A program made the translations under genes and the position numbers. Source: Phaeosaccion multiseriatum (taxonomy: Eukaryota; Protista; Ochrophyta, other classes). From it: DNA of 64,000 bases. The notes under the pieces were generated by a model, which saw only the letters and a list, made by a program, of their open reading frames with translations, was not told the origin of the DNA and searched no databases. Location of the stretch: assembly GCA_965112735.1 (NCBI GenBank), contig CBCOSG010000001.1, positions 1-64,000 on the forward strand, read 5' to 3'. Shown here piece after piece: positions 39,218 through 50,590 of the stretch; positions within the stretch are counted from its first letter, which is position 1, and every line of letters begins with the position of its first letter.

Positions 39218-39269
39218 AAACTGAATCGGCTTTTGTGTATTAGAGGGCCAAGATCGTACTGATATTTGT

Positions 39270-39797
39270 ATGAAATTGTACCATAGGTATTTACAACCTA
39301 ATATGGAAATTATTCCTCTGAGCCAGGTGCGGGTAAAAAACCAGGAGGTGTGCGCTTATCTGCCTTTTCCTCCTCAGTGTTTTTCAACTTTGGTTTATCT
39401 AAAGTATCATACAAACACTGGGTATAAAATTTTATCTTGTATCTCCGGAGTGGATTACCCTTGCCGACAAAGTCGGTTGGAAGTGGTCTACGAAGTATTA
39501 AGTATCAAGTATAACCAACGCCTCCGTTTGCGAACTCTGTTTCAACCTAAAACCTTTAGATTTTTAGGTCTAGATTCAGTAACTAATATTTATATGGGCG
39601 CCAATTGGTGGGAAAGAGAAGTTTGGGATATGTTTGGTATCCTTTTTGAAAATCACCCCAGTTTACGGCGAATCTTAACGGATTACGGCTTTCAAGGCCA
39701 TCCTTTACGAAAAGATTTCCCATTGACAGGCTACGAAGAACTTAGGTACGACGATAGTGTGAAGAGAGTGGTAGGTAATCTTATCCAAAATTTATAG
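39270..39797 (+). CDS. nad9: NADH dehydrogenase subunit 9
   Basis: GVDYP, WEREVWDMFG, RRILTDYGFQGHPLRKDFPLTG. Confidence 0.98.
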   Translation: MKLYHRYLQPNMEIIPLSQVRVKNQEVCAYLPFPPQCFSTLVYLKYHTNTGYKILSCISGVDYPCRQSRLEVVYEVLSIKYNQRLRLRTLFQPKTFRFLGLDSVTNIYMGANWWEREVWDMFGILFENHPSLRRILTDYGFQGHPLRKDFPLTGYEELRYDDSVKRVVGNLIQNL

Positions 39798-39864
39798 AGG
39801 GAAAATATATTGGTTGTTGTGGACATTAGTGGGCCTGTATCATAAAGTTAAGCCAAACTTTGGT

Positions 39865-39935
39865 TGGAGTATAGCCAAGTGGAAAGGCAGCCGTTTTTGG
39901 CGCGGCCATCCAAGGTTCAAATCCTTGTACTCCAT
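39865..39935 (+). tRNA. trnQ: tRNA-Gln(UUG)
   Basis: Cloverleaf, anticodon TTG. Confidence 0.93.
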
Positions 39936-39950
39936 AAAAGAATGCACAAT

Positions 39951-40018
39951 TGAATACTATAGAGTCAATGCCTTGGATTGCAAATTCTATCAGGAGGATT
40001 TTATTTGGTTTCCAGCCT
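39951..40018 (+). pseudogene. degenerate tRNA-Cys
   Basis: CAATGCCTTGGATTGCAAAT is identical to trnC at 33029-33048; the rest cannot fold. Confidence 0.7.
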
Positions 40019-40033
40019 AGTTAGTAGATAAAT

Positions 40034-40105
40034 GCAGAAGTAACTCAAAGGTAGAGTGCAAGCTTGCCAAGTTTGAAGCTGAGGGTTCAAATCCCTTCTT
40101 TTGCT
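40034..40105 (+). tRNA. trnG: tRNA-Gly(GCC)
   Basis: Cloverleaf, anticodon GCC. Confidence 0.93.
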
Positions 40106-40178
40106 GGGTCCATAGCTCAGTTGGAAGAGCATTGGCCTTCTAAGCCAAACGTCATAGGTTCGAGTCCTATTGGACCCT
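40106..40178 (+). tRNA. trnR: tRNA-Arg(UCU)
   Basis: Cloverleaf, anticodon TCT. Confidence 0.94.
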
Positions 40179-40408
40179 GATCAGCCACTCCCGGAGGTTT
40201 GTCTTCATCATAGGCTGACAAGCCTTTTCTAAATAGGGAAAACTAACTCCAATAAAATTAGTTGGATTATTTTCCTCCTTGATCTCAGTATTTCTAATTA
40301 TCATTCTACTTATGTGTACAGGGGCTCAAATTTATATTCTTCTTATAGAGTTGAAGATTGAAGAGATATTTTTAGAAAGACCCAGCTGAATGTATTGTAT
40401 CAAATCTT

Positions 40409-40924
40409 ATGCGCAAAAGACGACTTTATATATCCGACAAAGTTTGTTGTGTTATTGAAAACCAAATTTTACGAATCGAAGGACCTTTGGGGGAAAAATC
40501 CTTAGTTCTTCCTCGTGGTTTAGGCCTCCGTTGGAGTCAAGGCCGTTTAGATTATCTACCAAATTGGCGACTGCGAAAACTAGAAGCTAGTTTCTACGAC
40601 GTTTTAAAAAAAACCATCCAAGGAGTGCATCAAGGTTTTGTCTTACATTTAGATATTTTAGGTGTGGGATATAAAGCGGAGGTCCAAGATAAGGATTTAC
40701 GCCTAAAATTGGGCAAAAGCAAAATAGATGTCATGGATTTAGGCTATGGTATTGATGTTAAATGCCTAAAACCTCGACATATGTTTTTGCAAGCCGCAGA
40801 AGGAAATTTTCTCCGTCAAACTGCTGCTAATATCCGTAGTCTTCACCCTCCGGAAGTTTATAAGCAAAAGGGCATTTTTTATCGAGGAGAAAAATCTGTG
40901 ACCAAACAAGGGAAAGTAAATTAA
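40409..40924 (+). CDS. rpl6: ribosomal protein L6
   Basis: IEGPLG, GVGYKA, PPEVYKQKGI. Confidence 0.95.
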   Translation: MRKRRLYISDKVCCVIENQILRIEGPLGEKSLVLPRGLGLRWSQGRLDYLPNWRLRKLEASFYDVLKKTIQGVHQGFVLHLDILGVGYKAEVQDKDLRLKLGKSKIDVMDLGYGIDVKCLKPRHMFLQAAEGNFLRQTAANIRSLHPPEVYKQKGIFYRGEKSVTKQGKVN

Positions 40925-40968
40925 AGAATTACGCCTCTACATATGCTAAAGAAAAAAGATAGGGGGTC

Positions 40969-41004
40969 TAGGCTCTAGTAGTAGTACCGTACTACTTAAT
41001 CCTT
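40969..41004. other. 36-bp spacer between the IR arms forming an imperfect hairpin (candidate telomere loop or concatemer junction)
   Basis: AGTAGTAC-C-GTACTACT at 40980-40996, plus AGG/CCT pairing with mismatches and bulges. Confidence 0.85.
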
Positions 41005-41048
41005 GACCCCCTATCTTTTTTCTTTAGCATATGTAGAGGCGTAATTCT

Positions 41049-41564
41049 TTAATTTACTTTCCCTTGTTTGGTCACAGATTTTTCTCCTCGATAAAAAATG
41101 CCCTTTTGCTTATAAACTTCCGGAGGGTGAAGACTACGGATATTAGCAGCAGTTTGACGGAGAAAATTTCCTTCTGCGGCTTGCAAAAACATATGTCGAG
41201 GTTTTAGGCATTTAACATCAATACCATAGCCTAAATCCATGACATCTATTTTGCTTTTGCCCAATTTTAGGCGTAAATCCTTATCTTGGACCTCCGCTTT
41301 ATATCCCACACCTAAAATATCTAAATGTAAGACAAAACCTTGATGCACTCCTTGGATGGTTTTTTTTAAAACGTCGTAGAAACTAGCTTCTAGTTTTCGC
41401 AGTCGCCAATTTGGTAGATAATCTAAACGGCCTTGACTCCAACGGAGGCCTAAACCACGAGGAAGAACTAAGGATTTTTCCCCCAAAGGTCCTTCGATTC
41501 GTAAAATTTGGTTTTCAATAACACAACAAACTTTGTCGGATATATAAAGTCGTCTTTTGCGCAT
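41049..41564 (-). CDS. rpl6: ribosomal protein L6 (IR copy)
   Basis: Mirror of 40409..40924. Confidence 0.95.
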   Translation of the reverse strand: MRKRRLYISDKVCCVIENQILRIEGPLGEKSLVLPRGLGLRWSQGRLDYLPNWRLRKLEASFYDVLKKTIQGVHQGFVLHLDILGVGYKAEVQDKDLRLKLGKSKIDVMDLGYGIDVKCLKPRHMFLQAAEGNFLRQTAANIRSLHPPEVYKQKGIFYRGEKSVTKQGKVN

Positions 41565-41794
41565 AAGATTTGATACAATACATTCAGCTGGGTCTTTCTA
41601 AAAATATCTCTTCAATCTTCAACTCTATAAGAAGAATATAAATTTGAGCCCCTGTACACATAAGTAGAATGATAATTAGAAATACTGAGATCAAGGAGGA
41701 AAATAATCCAACTAATTTTATTGGAGTTAGTTTTCCCTATTTAGAAAAGGCTTGTCAGCCTATGATGAAGACAAACCTCCGGGAGTGGCTGATC

Positions 41795-41867
41795 AGGGTC
41801 CAATAGGACTCGAACCTATGACGTTTGGCTTAGAAGGCCAATGCTCTTCCAACTGAGCTATGGACCC
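41795..41867 (-). tRNA. trnR: tRNA-Arg(UCU) (IR copy)
   Basis: Mirror of 40106..40178. Confidence 0.94.
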
Positions 41868-41939
41868 AGCAAAAGAAGGGATTTGAACCCTCAGCTTCAA
41901 ACTTGGCAAGCTTGCACTCTACCTTTGAGTTACTTCTGC
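41868..41939 (-). tRNA. trnG: tRNA-Gly(GCC) (IR copy)
   Basis: Mirror of 40034..40105. Confidence 0.93.
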
Positions 41940-42037
41940 ATTTATCTACTAACTAGGCTGGAAACCAAATAAAATCCTCCTGATAGAATTTGCAATCCAA
42001 GGCATTGACTCTATAGTATTCAATTGTGCATTCTTTT

Positions 42038-42108
42038 ATGGAGTACAAGGATTTGAACCTTGGATGGCCGCGCCAAAAACGGCTGCCTTTCCACTTGGCT
42101 ATACTCCA
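42038..42108 (-). tRNA. trnQ: tRNA-Gln(UUG) (IR copy)
   Basis: Mirror of 39865..39935. Confidence 0.93.
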
Positions 42109-42175
42109 ACCAAAGTTTGGCTTAACTTTATGATACAGGCCCACTAATGTCCACAACAACCAATATATTTTCCCT

Positions 42176-42703
42176 CTATAAATTTTGGATAAGATTACCT
42201 ACCACTCTCTTCACACTATCGTCGTACCTAAGTTCTTCGTAGCCTGTCAATGGGAAATCTTTTCGTAAAGGATGGCCTTGAAAGCCGTAATCCGTTAAGA
42301 TTCGCCGTAAACTGGGGTGATTTTCAAAAAGGATACCAAACATATCCCAAACTTCTCTTTCCCACCAATTGGCGCCCATATAAATATTAGTTACTGAATC
42401 TAGACCTAAAAATCTAAAGGTTTTAGGTTGAAACAGAGTTCGCAAACGGAGGCGTTGGTTATACTTGATACTTAATACTTCGTAGACCACTTCCAACCGA
42501 CTTTGTCGGCAAGGGTAATCCACTCCGGAGATACAAGATAAAATTTTATACCCAGTGTTTGTATGATACTTTAGATAAACCAAAGTTGAAAAACACTGAG
42601 GAGGAAAAGGCAGATAAGCGCACACCTCCTGGTTTTTTACCCGCACCTGGCTCAGAGGAATAATTTCCATATTAGGTTGTAAATACCTATGGTACAATTT
42701 CAT
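42176..42703 (-). CDS. nad9: NADH dehydrogenase subunit 9 (IR copy)
   Basis: Mirror of 39270..39797. Confidence 0.98.
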   Translation of the reverse strand: MKLYHRYLQPNMEIIPLSQVRVKNQEVCAYLPFPPQCFSTLVYLKYHTNTGYKILSCISGVDYPCRQSRLEVVYEVLSIKYNQRLRLRTLFQPKTFRFLGLDSVTNIYMGANWWEREVWDMFGILFENHPSLRRILTDYGFQGHPLRKDFPLTGYEELRYDDSVKRVVGNLIQNL

Positions 42704-42755
42704 ACAAATATCAGTACGATCTTGGCCCTCTAATACACAAAAGCCGATTCAGTTT

Positions 42756-43190
42756 TTAGTGCCAGCGATAGTTGGCATAAGGCCGACCTTCTAAACTTTG
42801 TTGATGATAAGCCTGCTTTAGAAAAGTGGCTTCGCCAGTCGACTGACTGGCTTTACACAAGGAAGAACCTAGATTTTTAGATAGTGGACCCTTCGGAGTC
42901 GTACGAAGAATCCAGTGGAGACTAAGGTATTGACGACGTTTTTTCCAGAGAGGGAAAGAAATCCATCGTACTTTGGCTTGCTTTTTTCTTCGGCCAGGAA
43001 AAGTTTTTCCCTGAGCCATAGGTTCAGTCTGTTGAAGAGCATGAAAAAACACATAAGCCGCCTTTTTCGGTTGATGCTCGTAGAGGTAGCGCAGACTGCT
43101 ACCTACGAGGCTGTGAGCTCGAAGTCGACCCCCGCGGCGAATGAGATGCTTACAAAAAATACTTCCTTCAGAACTTTGGCTCAATCTCAT
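42756..43190 (-). CDS. rps7: ribosomal protein S7 (IR copy)
   Basis: Mirror of 38783..39217. Confidence 0.88.
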   Translation of the reverse strand: MRLSQSSEGSIFCKHLIRRGGRLRAHSLVGSSLRYLYEHQPKKAAYVFFHALQQTEPMAQGKTFPGRRKKQAKVRWISFPLWKKRRQYLSLHWILRTTPKGPLSKNLGSSLCKASQSTGEATFLKQAYHQQSLEGRPYANYRWH

Positions 43191-43193
43191 TTT

Positions 43194-43562
43194 TTATGGT
43201 TTTCTGGCCCCATATTTGGACCGAGAAGTGGTACGCTTTATTAAACCCAAACAGTCATACTTGCCCCGAATGACGTGGTAACGGACACCAGGAAGATCTT
43301 TAGCTCGACCTCCTCGAATCAAAACAGAATTAAATTCCTGAAGGTTGTGGCCCTCGCCAGGAATGTAGGCGCTGATTCGACGGCCTGTACTTAGGCGTAC
43401 TCGGCATAACTTTCGTAGGGCAGAGTTAGGCTTTTTGGGTTTTCGTAAGTAAATTTTTAAACAAAGGCCCTTTTTTTGAGGGCAAGACTTTAAAGCGGGA
43501 GATTTGCTACGAGAGGACTGAGGTATACGGGGATAACGAACAAGCTGATGTAAGCCGCAAAT
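43194..43562 (-). CDS. rps12: ribosomal protein S12 (IR copy)
   Basis: Mirror of 38411..38779. Confidence 0.97.
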   Translation of the reverse strand: MCGLHQLVRYPRIPQSSRSKSPALKSCPQKKGLCLKIYLRKPKKPNSALRKLCRVRLSTGRRISAYIPGEGHNLQEFNSVLIRGGRAKDLPGVRYHVIRGKYDCLGLIKRTTSRSKYGARKP

Positions 43563-43563
43563 T

Positions 43564-43630
43564 TGGATTTGGTAAGATTTGAACTTACCACCGCCGGGAC
43601 AGAAATCTGACGGCCTATCCATACAAATCC
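43564..43630 (-). ncRNA. tRNA-like element (IR copy)
   Basis: Mirror of 38343..38409. Confidence 0.8.
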
Positions 43631-43771
43631 AGGAACCTTTCTAAGCACCAATGGATCAGACTGATGCTTAAATGCCAAGGTTGCTTACTGAATGCCACGG
43701 CTTCCTTGGGGGTTGGCATCACCCTTTTCCGCCTTCTAACCCCTTCCTCGAAAGAGGTATCTTCGGCGGAA
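43631..43771 (-). ncRNA. structured element B (IR copy)
   Basis: Mirror of 38202..38342. Confidence 0.5.
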
Positions 43772-43958
43772 GCTTGCAAGAGAAACCCATTTATCTATCC
43801 TCTTTATTTTAGCTAGTATCGGCCTATATGGCCAATATTGGCTATAATGGGAATATAGGTAGATGGCCCAGATCCGGACCTGGGACTAATGTAGCAGATG
43901 TAAGACTTTAAACCGAGGATTTCCTCGTTAGACTGGGGATTTATTCGTTCATGCATAC

Positions 43959-44032
43959 GGGCGGAGGTAGGATTCGAACCTACGACTTTTAGATCATGAG
44001 CCTAACAAGCTGGCCAACTGCTCTACTCCACC
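43959..44032 (-). tRNA. trnM: tRNA-fMet(CAU) (IR copy)
   Basis: Mirror of 37941..38014. Confidence 0.88.
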
Positions 44033-44211
44033 ATGGTATGAAAAGACTATGTGAGTCCTAGGTCTAAAAAACTTTACCAATCAAACTACCTCCACTGCCT
44101 AAGCTTCGCGCAGTAGACTCACTTATAATTCCATAGCTTAATAGCATAGAAGACAAAATAATTTACTTAGGGGTATTATACCCCTTTAGCAACTTACCTA
44201 TCTCTACACTA

Positions 44212-45071
44212 TTAAGGTTTTTCGACTCGATCTTCAAGTTGAGCCTTATATAGTTCTCCGTAATGATCAAGAGCCGCGTTATACTCTTGAAGAAGCCAAT
44301 CTATTGCTCCTATATCCAGTTTCCCCGACGCCGTCTTCATCAGGTCTGAGGGGACTCTCCTGCTTTCGAGGGCCCGGAATTTCGTGACACTCTCTTGAGT
44401 GTCCGCAGTGAAGTTATCGAACGTCGAAGAATAGAAATTTTGCAGCGACGACCTTCCATCTAGACCGTAAAAGAACTTTCCGACCCACACATCTGCCACT
44501 AGCCCCCCGCTACAATTATTTGAATTCTTTTGCCGTGTTCTACAGCCACTTCCCACACTATTCTTTTTTTTGTAAACCCTTTAGCGTGGAGTACTCCAGG
44601 ATTCAAAAAACACTCCTGAAACAGTCGTGTGGTTGATCGCACATACGCCGGCAGTAAATAGAGACAGGCCAATAAGGAGAGTAAACCTATGAGATAAAAC
44701 AAAATAGAGTATTTTGGTGGTAGACCGATTCCGAGGATAAATGACGAATACAAGAGAGTTTGTACTTTTGCCAAACCTTCGTGTCCCAGACTATCCTGGT
44801 AAAGAGATGCGACATAACTGCCCTCTCTACACCGGGTTTTATCCTTTCTAAACTTGGGTAAAATTACCTCTTTATGGTAGTAAAAAATCCACCCCAGATG
44901 GACGCTGAATTGCACTAGTGAACACACGATATCAAACCTACCCTCAAACAGTCCAAGGGAGGAAATGACAAAGGTTAAAAAGTAGGCTACAAACAGTATT
45001 ACAAACCAAACCTCTGTATCCAAATCTGTTATTCGTTTCCACATACGACGCAGCATGTATTTAAACATCAT
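44212..45071 (-). CDS. orf286 (IR copy, same frameshift)
   Basis: Mirror of 36902..37761. Confidence 0.78.
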
Positions 45072-45072
45072 A

Positions 45073-45473
45073 AGCCTAATTAGTAAGGATCAGCTACACC
45101 GCTTACACGACTTTCACTACCCTCCTATTCACGTTTTCGTCTAAAACGAGGCCTAGACAATGCTTGAGGACAAGTTTCTGGCTTAGATGCTTTCAGCCAT
45201 TCTCTTCTAGAGATGTAGCTACCCGACACTGCATGTGCTCACACAACCGGTACACCATGGATCCCCGAAATTCGGTCCTCTCGTACTAGAATTTCTTCCC
45301 TTAGATTGTTGTCCACAGTAGATAGGGACCAAACTGTCTCACGACGTTCTAAACCCAACTCACGTACCACTTTCATGGGCGAACAGCCCAACCCTTGGAA
45401 GCTTTTTCTCCTCCAGGATGTGATGAGTCGACATCGAGGTGCCAAACCCTTCCGTCGATAGGAGCTCTCGAGA

Positions 45474-45509
<36 letters not shown>

Positions 45510-45814
45510 TATGAGCGGTGAAGTGCCCATATGCACATCCACCGGATCTGTATGGCCGACTTTCGTCTCTGTTCGACTTGTGAGTCTTACAGTCAGGCAC
45601 ACATCAAGCCATTCCGCCTTTTCTTCCTTCATGGAAGGGTGTACCTTTGCGTACCCCCGTTACTCTTTAGGAGGCTGCCGTCCCAGCCAAACTACCCGTC
45701 TGAGCCTGTCCCAAGTCAGGTGAAGAAAGCTAGACTGAAGGAGGGTGGTCTTTCATCTGCGGCATAACCTCCCACCTACTACTACGCAACCTATGTCATG
45801 CTTCCCAGCTCAAA

Positions 45815-45848
<34 letters not shown>

Positions 45849-45924
45849 CTGCAGCGAGGTCGCCTCTTCACGACCATGGGAATTTCACTGAGTCCGTGTT
45901 GGAGACAGCGGAGCAGTCGTTACA

Positions 45925-45955
<31 letters not shown>

Positions 45956-46041
45956 TCAGTTTTGCTACCTTAGGACCGTCAGAGTTACAGCCGCCGTTTA
46001 CTGGGCATTCTCCCTAAAAGCTTCCACTTTCGGGTCTTCCG

Positions 46042-46079
<38 letters not shown>

Positions 46080-47753
46080 TTTACAACTTCGCAGAGTCCT
46101 GTGTTTTTACTAAACAGTCGCCGCTCCCACTTTAGTGCCAAGCCTACAAAGGCTTCCTCCTTCTACCGAAGCCACGGAGTCATTTTGCCGAGTTCCTTCA
46201 ACACGGTTCTCTCAAAAGGCCTGAGTGTACTCCACCCATTCACCTGTGTCGGTTTACGATACGGTGCCGCTCCTAGAAGTATTTCCTGGAAGCTGAGCTA
46301 AAGCAGAGGAGACCAGCTATACTCCTCTACTTCCTCTGCCAGCTTCGTCCTGTCTAAGATCTCCCATCAACCCTGGCTTTCGTCAGCAGTCTTAGGGACC
46401 GTCTTTATGGCTTGAGATTAGCTCAAGCCCCCACGAAGAAGAAATCTGTCGTGGAAACCCTTGAATTTAAGGCCACCAGGATCCTCCTGGTTTGTTGCTA
46501 CTCATGTCAGTATTCTCGATTCCGATATCTCCAATGAAGGTTGCCCCTCATCTTCCTCGACCTACGGAAGGTTCTGCTACCACCCTGTAGGGTTTGAGGC
46601 TTCGGTAGGAAAGATTAGTCCCAAACATTGTGGGCGCAAAAAACTTCGACCAGTGAGCTGTTACGCATTCTTTAAAGGATGACTGCTACCAAGCCTACCT
46701 CCTGGCTGTCTTTAGCTCGTCACCTCCTTCTTCACTTCCTTTCCTTTGGGGACCTTAACCATCAATCTGGGCTGTTTCCCTTTTGACCAAGGACCTTCGC
46801 ACCCATGGTCTGTCTGCCTTGATTGAAGACGTATCCTGTATTCGCAGTTTGCCATAAGTCAGTAAGATTTTGCCTCCCCTTTCCTACGACAGTGCTCTAC
46901 CCCGGATTTCCCATTAAGACGCTCTACTTCAATAGATTTCGCAGAAAACCAGCTATCTCCGACTTTGATTGGCCTTTCACCCCTAAGATCAAATCATCCC
47001 AGTATTTTGCCACATACACGGGTTCGGTCCTCCAAAGAAAGTTGCCTTGTCTTTTTCAACCTGTTCAATCTTAGCTCAGTCGGTTTCGGGTAAAAAAAAT
47101 TGGGACTCCACGAAGTTTTACTCCTCGATTGACCTTTGCCTTCCTAAACTTAAGCTTGCCCCTAATCTTTTACTCACTGACCCATTATACAAAAGGTAGG
47201 CTGTCACTTCCACAAAGCTTCAACACCTAAAAGGCAGGGAGTTTCAGGACATTTCACAGCAGAAATCTCTGTTTCACCTTTCTCTCACGATACTTGTTCA
47301 CTATGGGTGGCCCAGTCTATTTAGGCTTTGAGGATGGCTCCCCAATATTCCTTGTCTATCGCCAGAAAAGTACTTGAATCCTCTCCTTTTCTTCCCCTAC
47401 GGGACTTGTACCTTCTATGGTTTTCTTCTCCATCCAATGTTTTATTGAGCTGGAGTCGTTTTTTAATTTGGATCTTTCAAGGTCGTCTAGGAGAGAGCCT
47501 ACACCGTTTTCGCTCACCGCTACTTACGGTATCTCGGTTGATTTCTCTTAAGCAGATTACTTAGATGTTTCAGTTTGTCTGCCCTCTTCTTTGCAGGCTT
47601 TACTGGCCTGTTTTTCCTCAAACGGAATGGTTTTCCAAGGTAGAAGGTCGAAGTGCACAGGTCGAAGACCTTCCTCCGAGCTTTCGTTGTTGTCTACGTC
47701 TACAGAGGCTGGGCCCCTAGGCATTCCCTCCATGCCCTTTGTGAAGATTTTCT
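45073..47753 (-). rRNA. rnl: large subunit rRNA (IR copy)
   Basis: Mirror of 34220..36900. Confidence 0.98.
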
Positions 47754-47811
47754 TTATTTTGCTTGAAGCTTGTCACAAACTTCACAAATGGAAGAAAAAT
47801 CTTGTCAGCTC

Positions 47812-48708
47812 CTAAGAGGAAACCCAAATCTTAAAAGTGACGTACAAAACAAGGACCAAATATGGTCCTATTATTTTATACGGCTCCCACCGCCATAGTT
47901 TGTAAAGTGACAGTCCCCACACTACTAAAAAAGTAGCATAGACCCAGCCAAGATACACATACATATGGCGGACTCCGAGGAGTCCAATGCAGGTGTATAA
48001 GATTATAAGTGAAAGATAAGCCAATACCAAAGGAAGGTCTCGCCACAAGCGGACGACAAAATCCCAACTCTCCCCAAGAATTTTAACCACCTTTTTTAGA
48101 CCTGCCCCTACGGGGCATAGATCTATTACGTTGCCTGAGGCTAAAGTGGTTAAGGGAGTTGAGGAGTAAGCTTCGACTATCATGTGAGAGCCTCTGCCAT
48201 TGGCAGTCAAATTACTGTCTCCCAACCATTCCTTAGAATACCGCACACAGCGAGTGCAATGTATGCAACGAGTCATCAAACTTTTTATACCTAGACCTAG
48301 AAAAGTCTCTTTGACCGTACGCTTTACTTCAGCGTACCGTGTTTTGTCACTGCCGAAGTGAAAGCTTTGATTTTGGAGATCGCATTCCCCTCCTTGGTCA
48401 CAAATAGGGCAATCTAGAGGGTGGTTTACTAGATTGAACTCTAAAACTGTTTCTCGGGCTTTTCGTACCAAAGGACTATGAAGAAAAAATCGTCCGCCTC
48501 CTAAAATAGGGAAGGCACAACTCATCTGAGGTTTTGGACCTTGGCTAACTTCTACTAGACAGGAACGACAATTTCCCGCGATATTTAATAAGGGATGATA
48601 ACAAAATCGAGGAAGTTCTATGCCTAAACTACTACATGCTTGTAATACTGAGGAAAATTCTTCAACAAAAACAAGCTGATGGTTGATAAATATTTTTTTA
48701 GTGGTCAT
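47812..48708 (-). CDS. nad11: nad11 N-terminal half with hydrophobic tail (IR copy)
   Basis: Mirror of 33265..34161. Confidence 0.95.
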   Translation of the reverse strand: MTTKKIFINHQLVFVEEFSSVLQACSSLGIELPRFCYHPLLNIAGNCRSCLVEVSQGPKPQMSCAFPILGGGRFFLHSPLVRKARETVLEFNLVNHPLDCPICDQGGECDLQNQSFHFGSDKTRYAEVKRTVKETFLGLGIKSLMTRCIHCTRCVRYSKEWLGDSNLTANGRGSHMIVEAYSSTPLTTLASGNVIDLCPVGAGLKKVVKILGESWDFVVRLWRDLPLVLAYLSLIILYTCIGLLGVRHMYVYLGWVYATFLVVWGLSLYKLWRWEPYKIIGPYLVLVLYVTFKIWVSS

Positions 48709-48891
48709 AGGAAGTATAAATTTTCTCTATTTTGACTTGGGAGGTATTCTTTCTCTTTTTGCTTACTTTCCCAAGGTTTTTTACCCCTACCTGATTCAGA
48801 CGAATGGCTTCCATATTAGGTTATAAATACCTATGGTATAATTTCATACAAATATCAGTACGATCTTGGTTTCTACTTTTTTACAAGTATT

Positions 48892-48962
48892 AGACCGGAG
48901 GGAAAGTCGAATTCCCATAATTGGATTTGCAATCCAAGGCATTGCCCTTATGCTATCCGGTC
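48892..48962 (-). tRNA. trnC: tRNA-Cys(GCA) (IR copy)
   Basis: Mirror of 33011..33081. Confidence 0.92.
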
Positions 48963-49061
48963 TCCCATCGCATTCACTAAAATTACCAAAATATGTGATG
49001 CAAGAGATACCTTGAGGTTTTCTATTAGGCTCCTGAAGTTCGTAGGCAAATACCTAAGTAT

Positions 49062-49135
49062 TCGGGAAAATGTGATTTGAACACATGACCTTCTGTTCCC
49101 AAAACAGATGCGCTACCAAGCTGCGCCATTTCCCG
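49062..49135 (-). tRNA. trnP: tRNA-Pro(UGG) (IR copy)
   Basis: Mirror of 32838..32911. Confidence 0.95.
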
Positions 49136-49158
49136 ACTGGGCTTCGAACATCAGATAC

Positions 49159-49311
49159 TTAACGGGGAAGATCCTTAAAAATCTTGCGTAATTTTAAAGA
49201 GGCACTAAGACTGGGCAGGTAGTAGAAAACAAAGAAAAAATAAAATCCAAAAAAACACAAACCCAAATTAAGAATTTGAGTAAAAAAGGTGATTTGATCA
49301 AATTGTGGCAT
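49159..49311 (-). CDS. atp8: ATP synthase subunit 8 (IR copy)
   Basis: Mirror of 32662..32814. Confidence 0.95.
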   Translation of the reverse strand: MPQFDQITFFTQILNLGLCFFGFYFFFVFYYLPSLSASLKLRKIFKDLPR

Positions 49312-49747
49312 GGTTCTTCCTAAATATCACGAAGTCCGTATTTGCTCCTCTGAAACAAATCTAGGTTCTATAAATTACTGTTTGCTTCTTTTTTCCTTAT
49401 TTTTTCCCTCACAAGAGAAGTGGAGTGGGGTGTAGCTAATTTAATATATATTTTTTGGTCTTCATCTTAAATCCCAGAAAGTCAGGAAACAGGATATTGC
49501 GGGCAAAGGTAGAACTTATACCTACGACTTTTAGATCATGAGCCTAACAAGCTGGCCAAGTGCTTTAGTCCACCAGTATATGAAAAAACTACGTGAATCT
49601 TAGATTTAAAAAACTTCACAAATCAAACTACCTCCACTGCCTAAGCTTCGCGCAGTAGACTCACTTATAATTCTATAGCTTAATAGCGTAGAACACAAGA
49701 TAATTTACTTAGGATTATTCTACTTTTCTAGTATTGTAATCTACCCA

Positions 49748-50590
49748 TTAAGGTTTTTCGATTGTATCCTCTAGTTGGGCTCTATACTCTTCTCCTACAT
49801 AATCAAGAACGGTATTATAGTCCTGAAGGAACCAATTTACTGCCCCTACATCTACTTTCCCGGACGCCGTCTTCAATAGCTCTGAGGGGACTCCTCTTCT
49901 CTCGAGGAATCGGAATTTTGTGACACTTTCGTGAGTGTCCGCAGTGAAGTTAGCAAACGTCGAAGAAAATAAGTTTTGCATCGACGACCTCCCGTCTGGG
50001 CCATAAAGGTACTTTCCGATCCCCACGTCGACAAGTAGGCCCCCTATAATGAAAATTCCGGCCCTCTTTAAGTGTTCCACAGTTAGCTCCCACACTAACC
50101 TCTTTTTCGTGAACCCTCTCTCATAGAGTACACGGGGGTCCAAAAAACATTCATTAAAAAGCCGCCGCGTTGCCCGCAGATATCCTGGCAAGAAGTAAAT
50201 GGACATTAATACGAAAATTACACCTACAAAGTAGGCCATATTTGAATACTGCCGCGGCAGAAGAATCCCCAATACAAAAGACCAATACAGATATGTCTGA
50301 AGTTTGCCAAAGATTGGATGGGTAAGACTGTCCGCGTAAAGAGAGACTACATAAAGGCCCTCTTTAGACCGAGTTTTGGCATTTTCAAATTTTAGTATCA
50401 TCGACCATTTTTGATATTGAAACACCCAAACCACACAAAGACTCGCTTTAAAAATGAACGAGGCCGAATTTGGGTACATATACGGTAGCGGCAGTAAAAG
50501 AGTTTGAATTCCTAAAGTCAAAATGAAAGCAGGGCTTAAAATTTTAAACCAAGATTTTGCAGGAGAATTGACTAAAAACTGCAAGTACAA
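49748..50590 (-). CDS. orf280 (IR copy)
   Basis: Mirror of 31383..32225. Confidence 0.8.
   Translation of the reverse strand: MYLQFLVNSPAKSWFKILSPAFILTLGIQTLLLPLPYMYPNSASFIFKASLCVVWVFQYQKWSMILKFENAKTRSKEGLYVVSLYADSLTHPIFGKLQTYLYWSFVLGILLPRQYSNMAYFVGVIFVLMSIYFLPGYLRATRRLFNECFLDPRVLYERGFTKKRLVWELTVEHLKRAGIFIIGGLLVDVGIGKYLYGPDGRSSMQNLFSSTFANFTADTHESVTKFRFLERRGVPSELLKTASGKVDVGAVNWFLQDYNTVLDYVGEEYRAQLEDTIEKP

Larger units (their letters stand above)
25477..40968 (+). repeat. Large inverted repeat, arm A (15,492 bp)
   Basis: Position p mirrors 81973-p; boundaries checked base by base at 25477/56496 and 40968/41005; ORF translations are identical in both arms. Confidence 0.97.
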
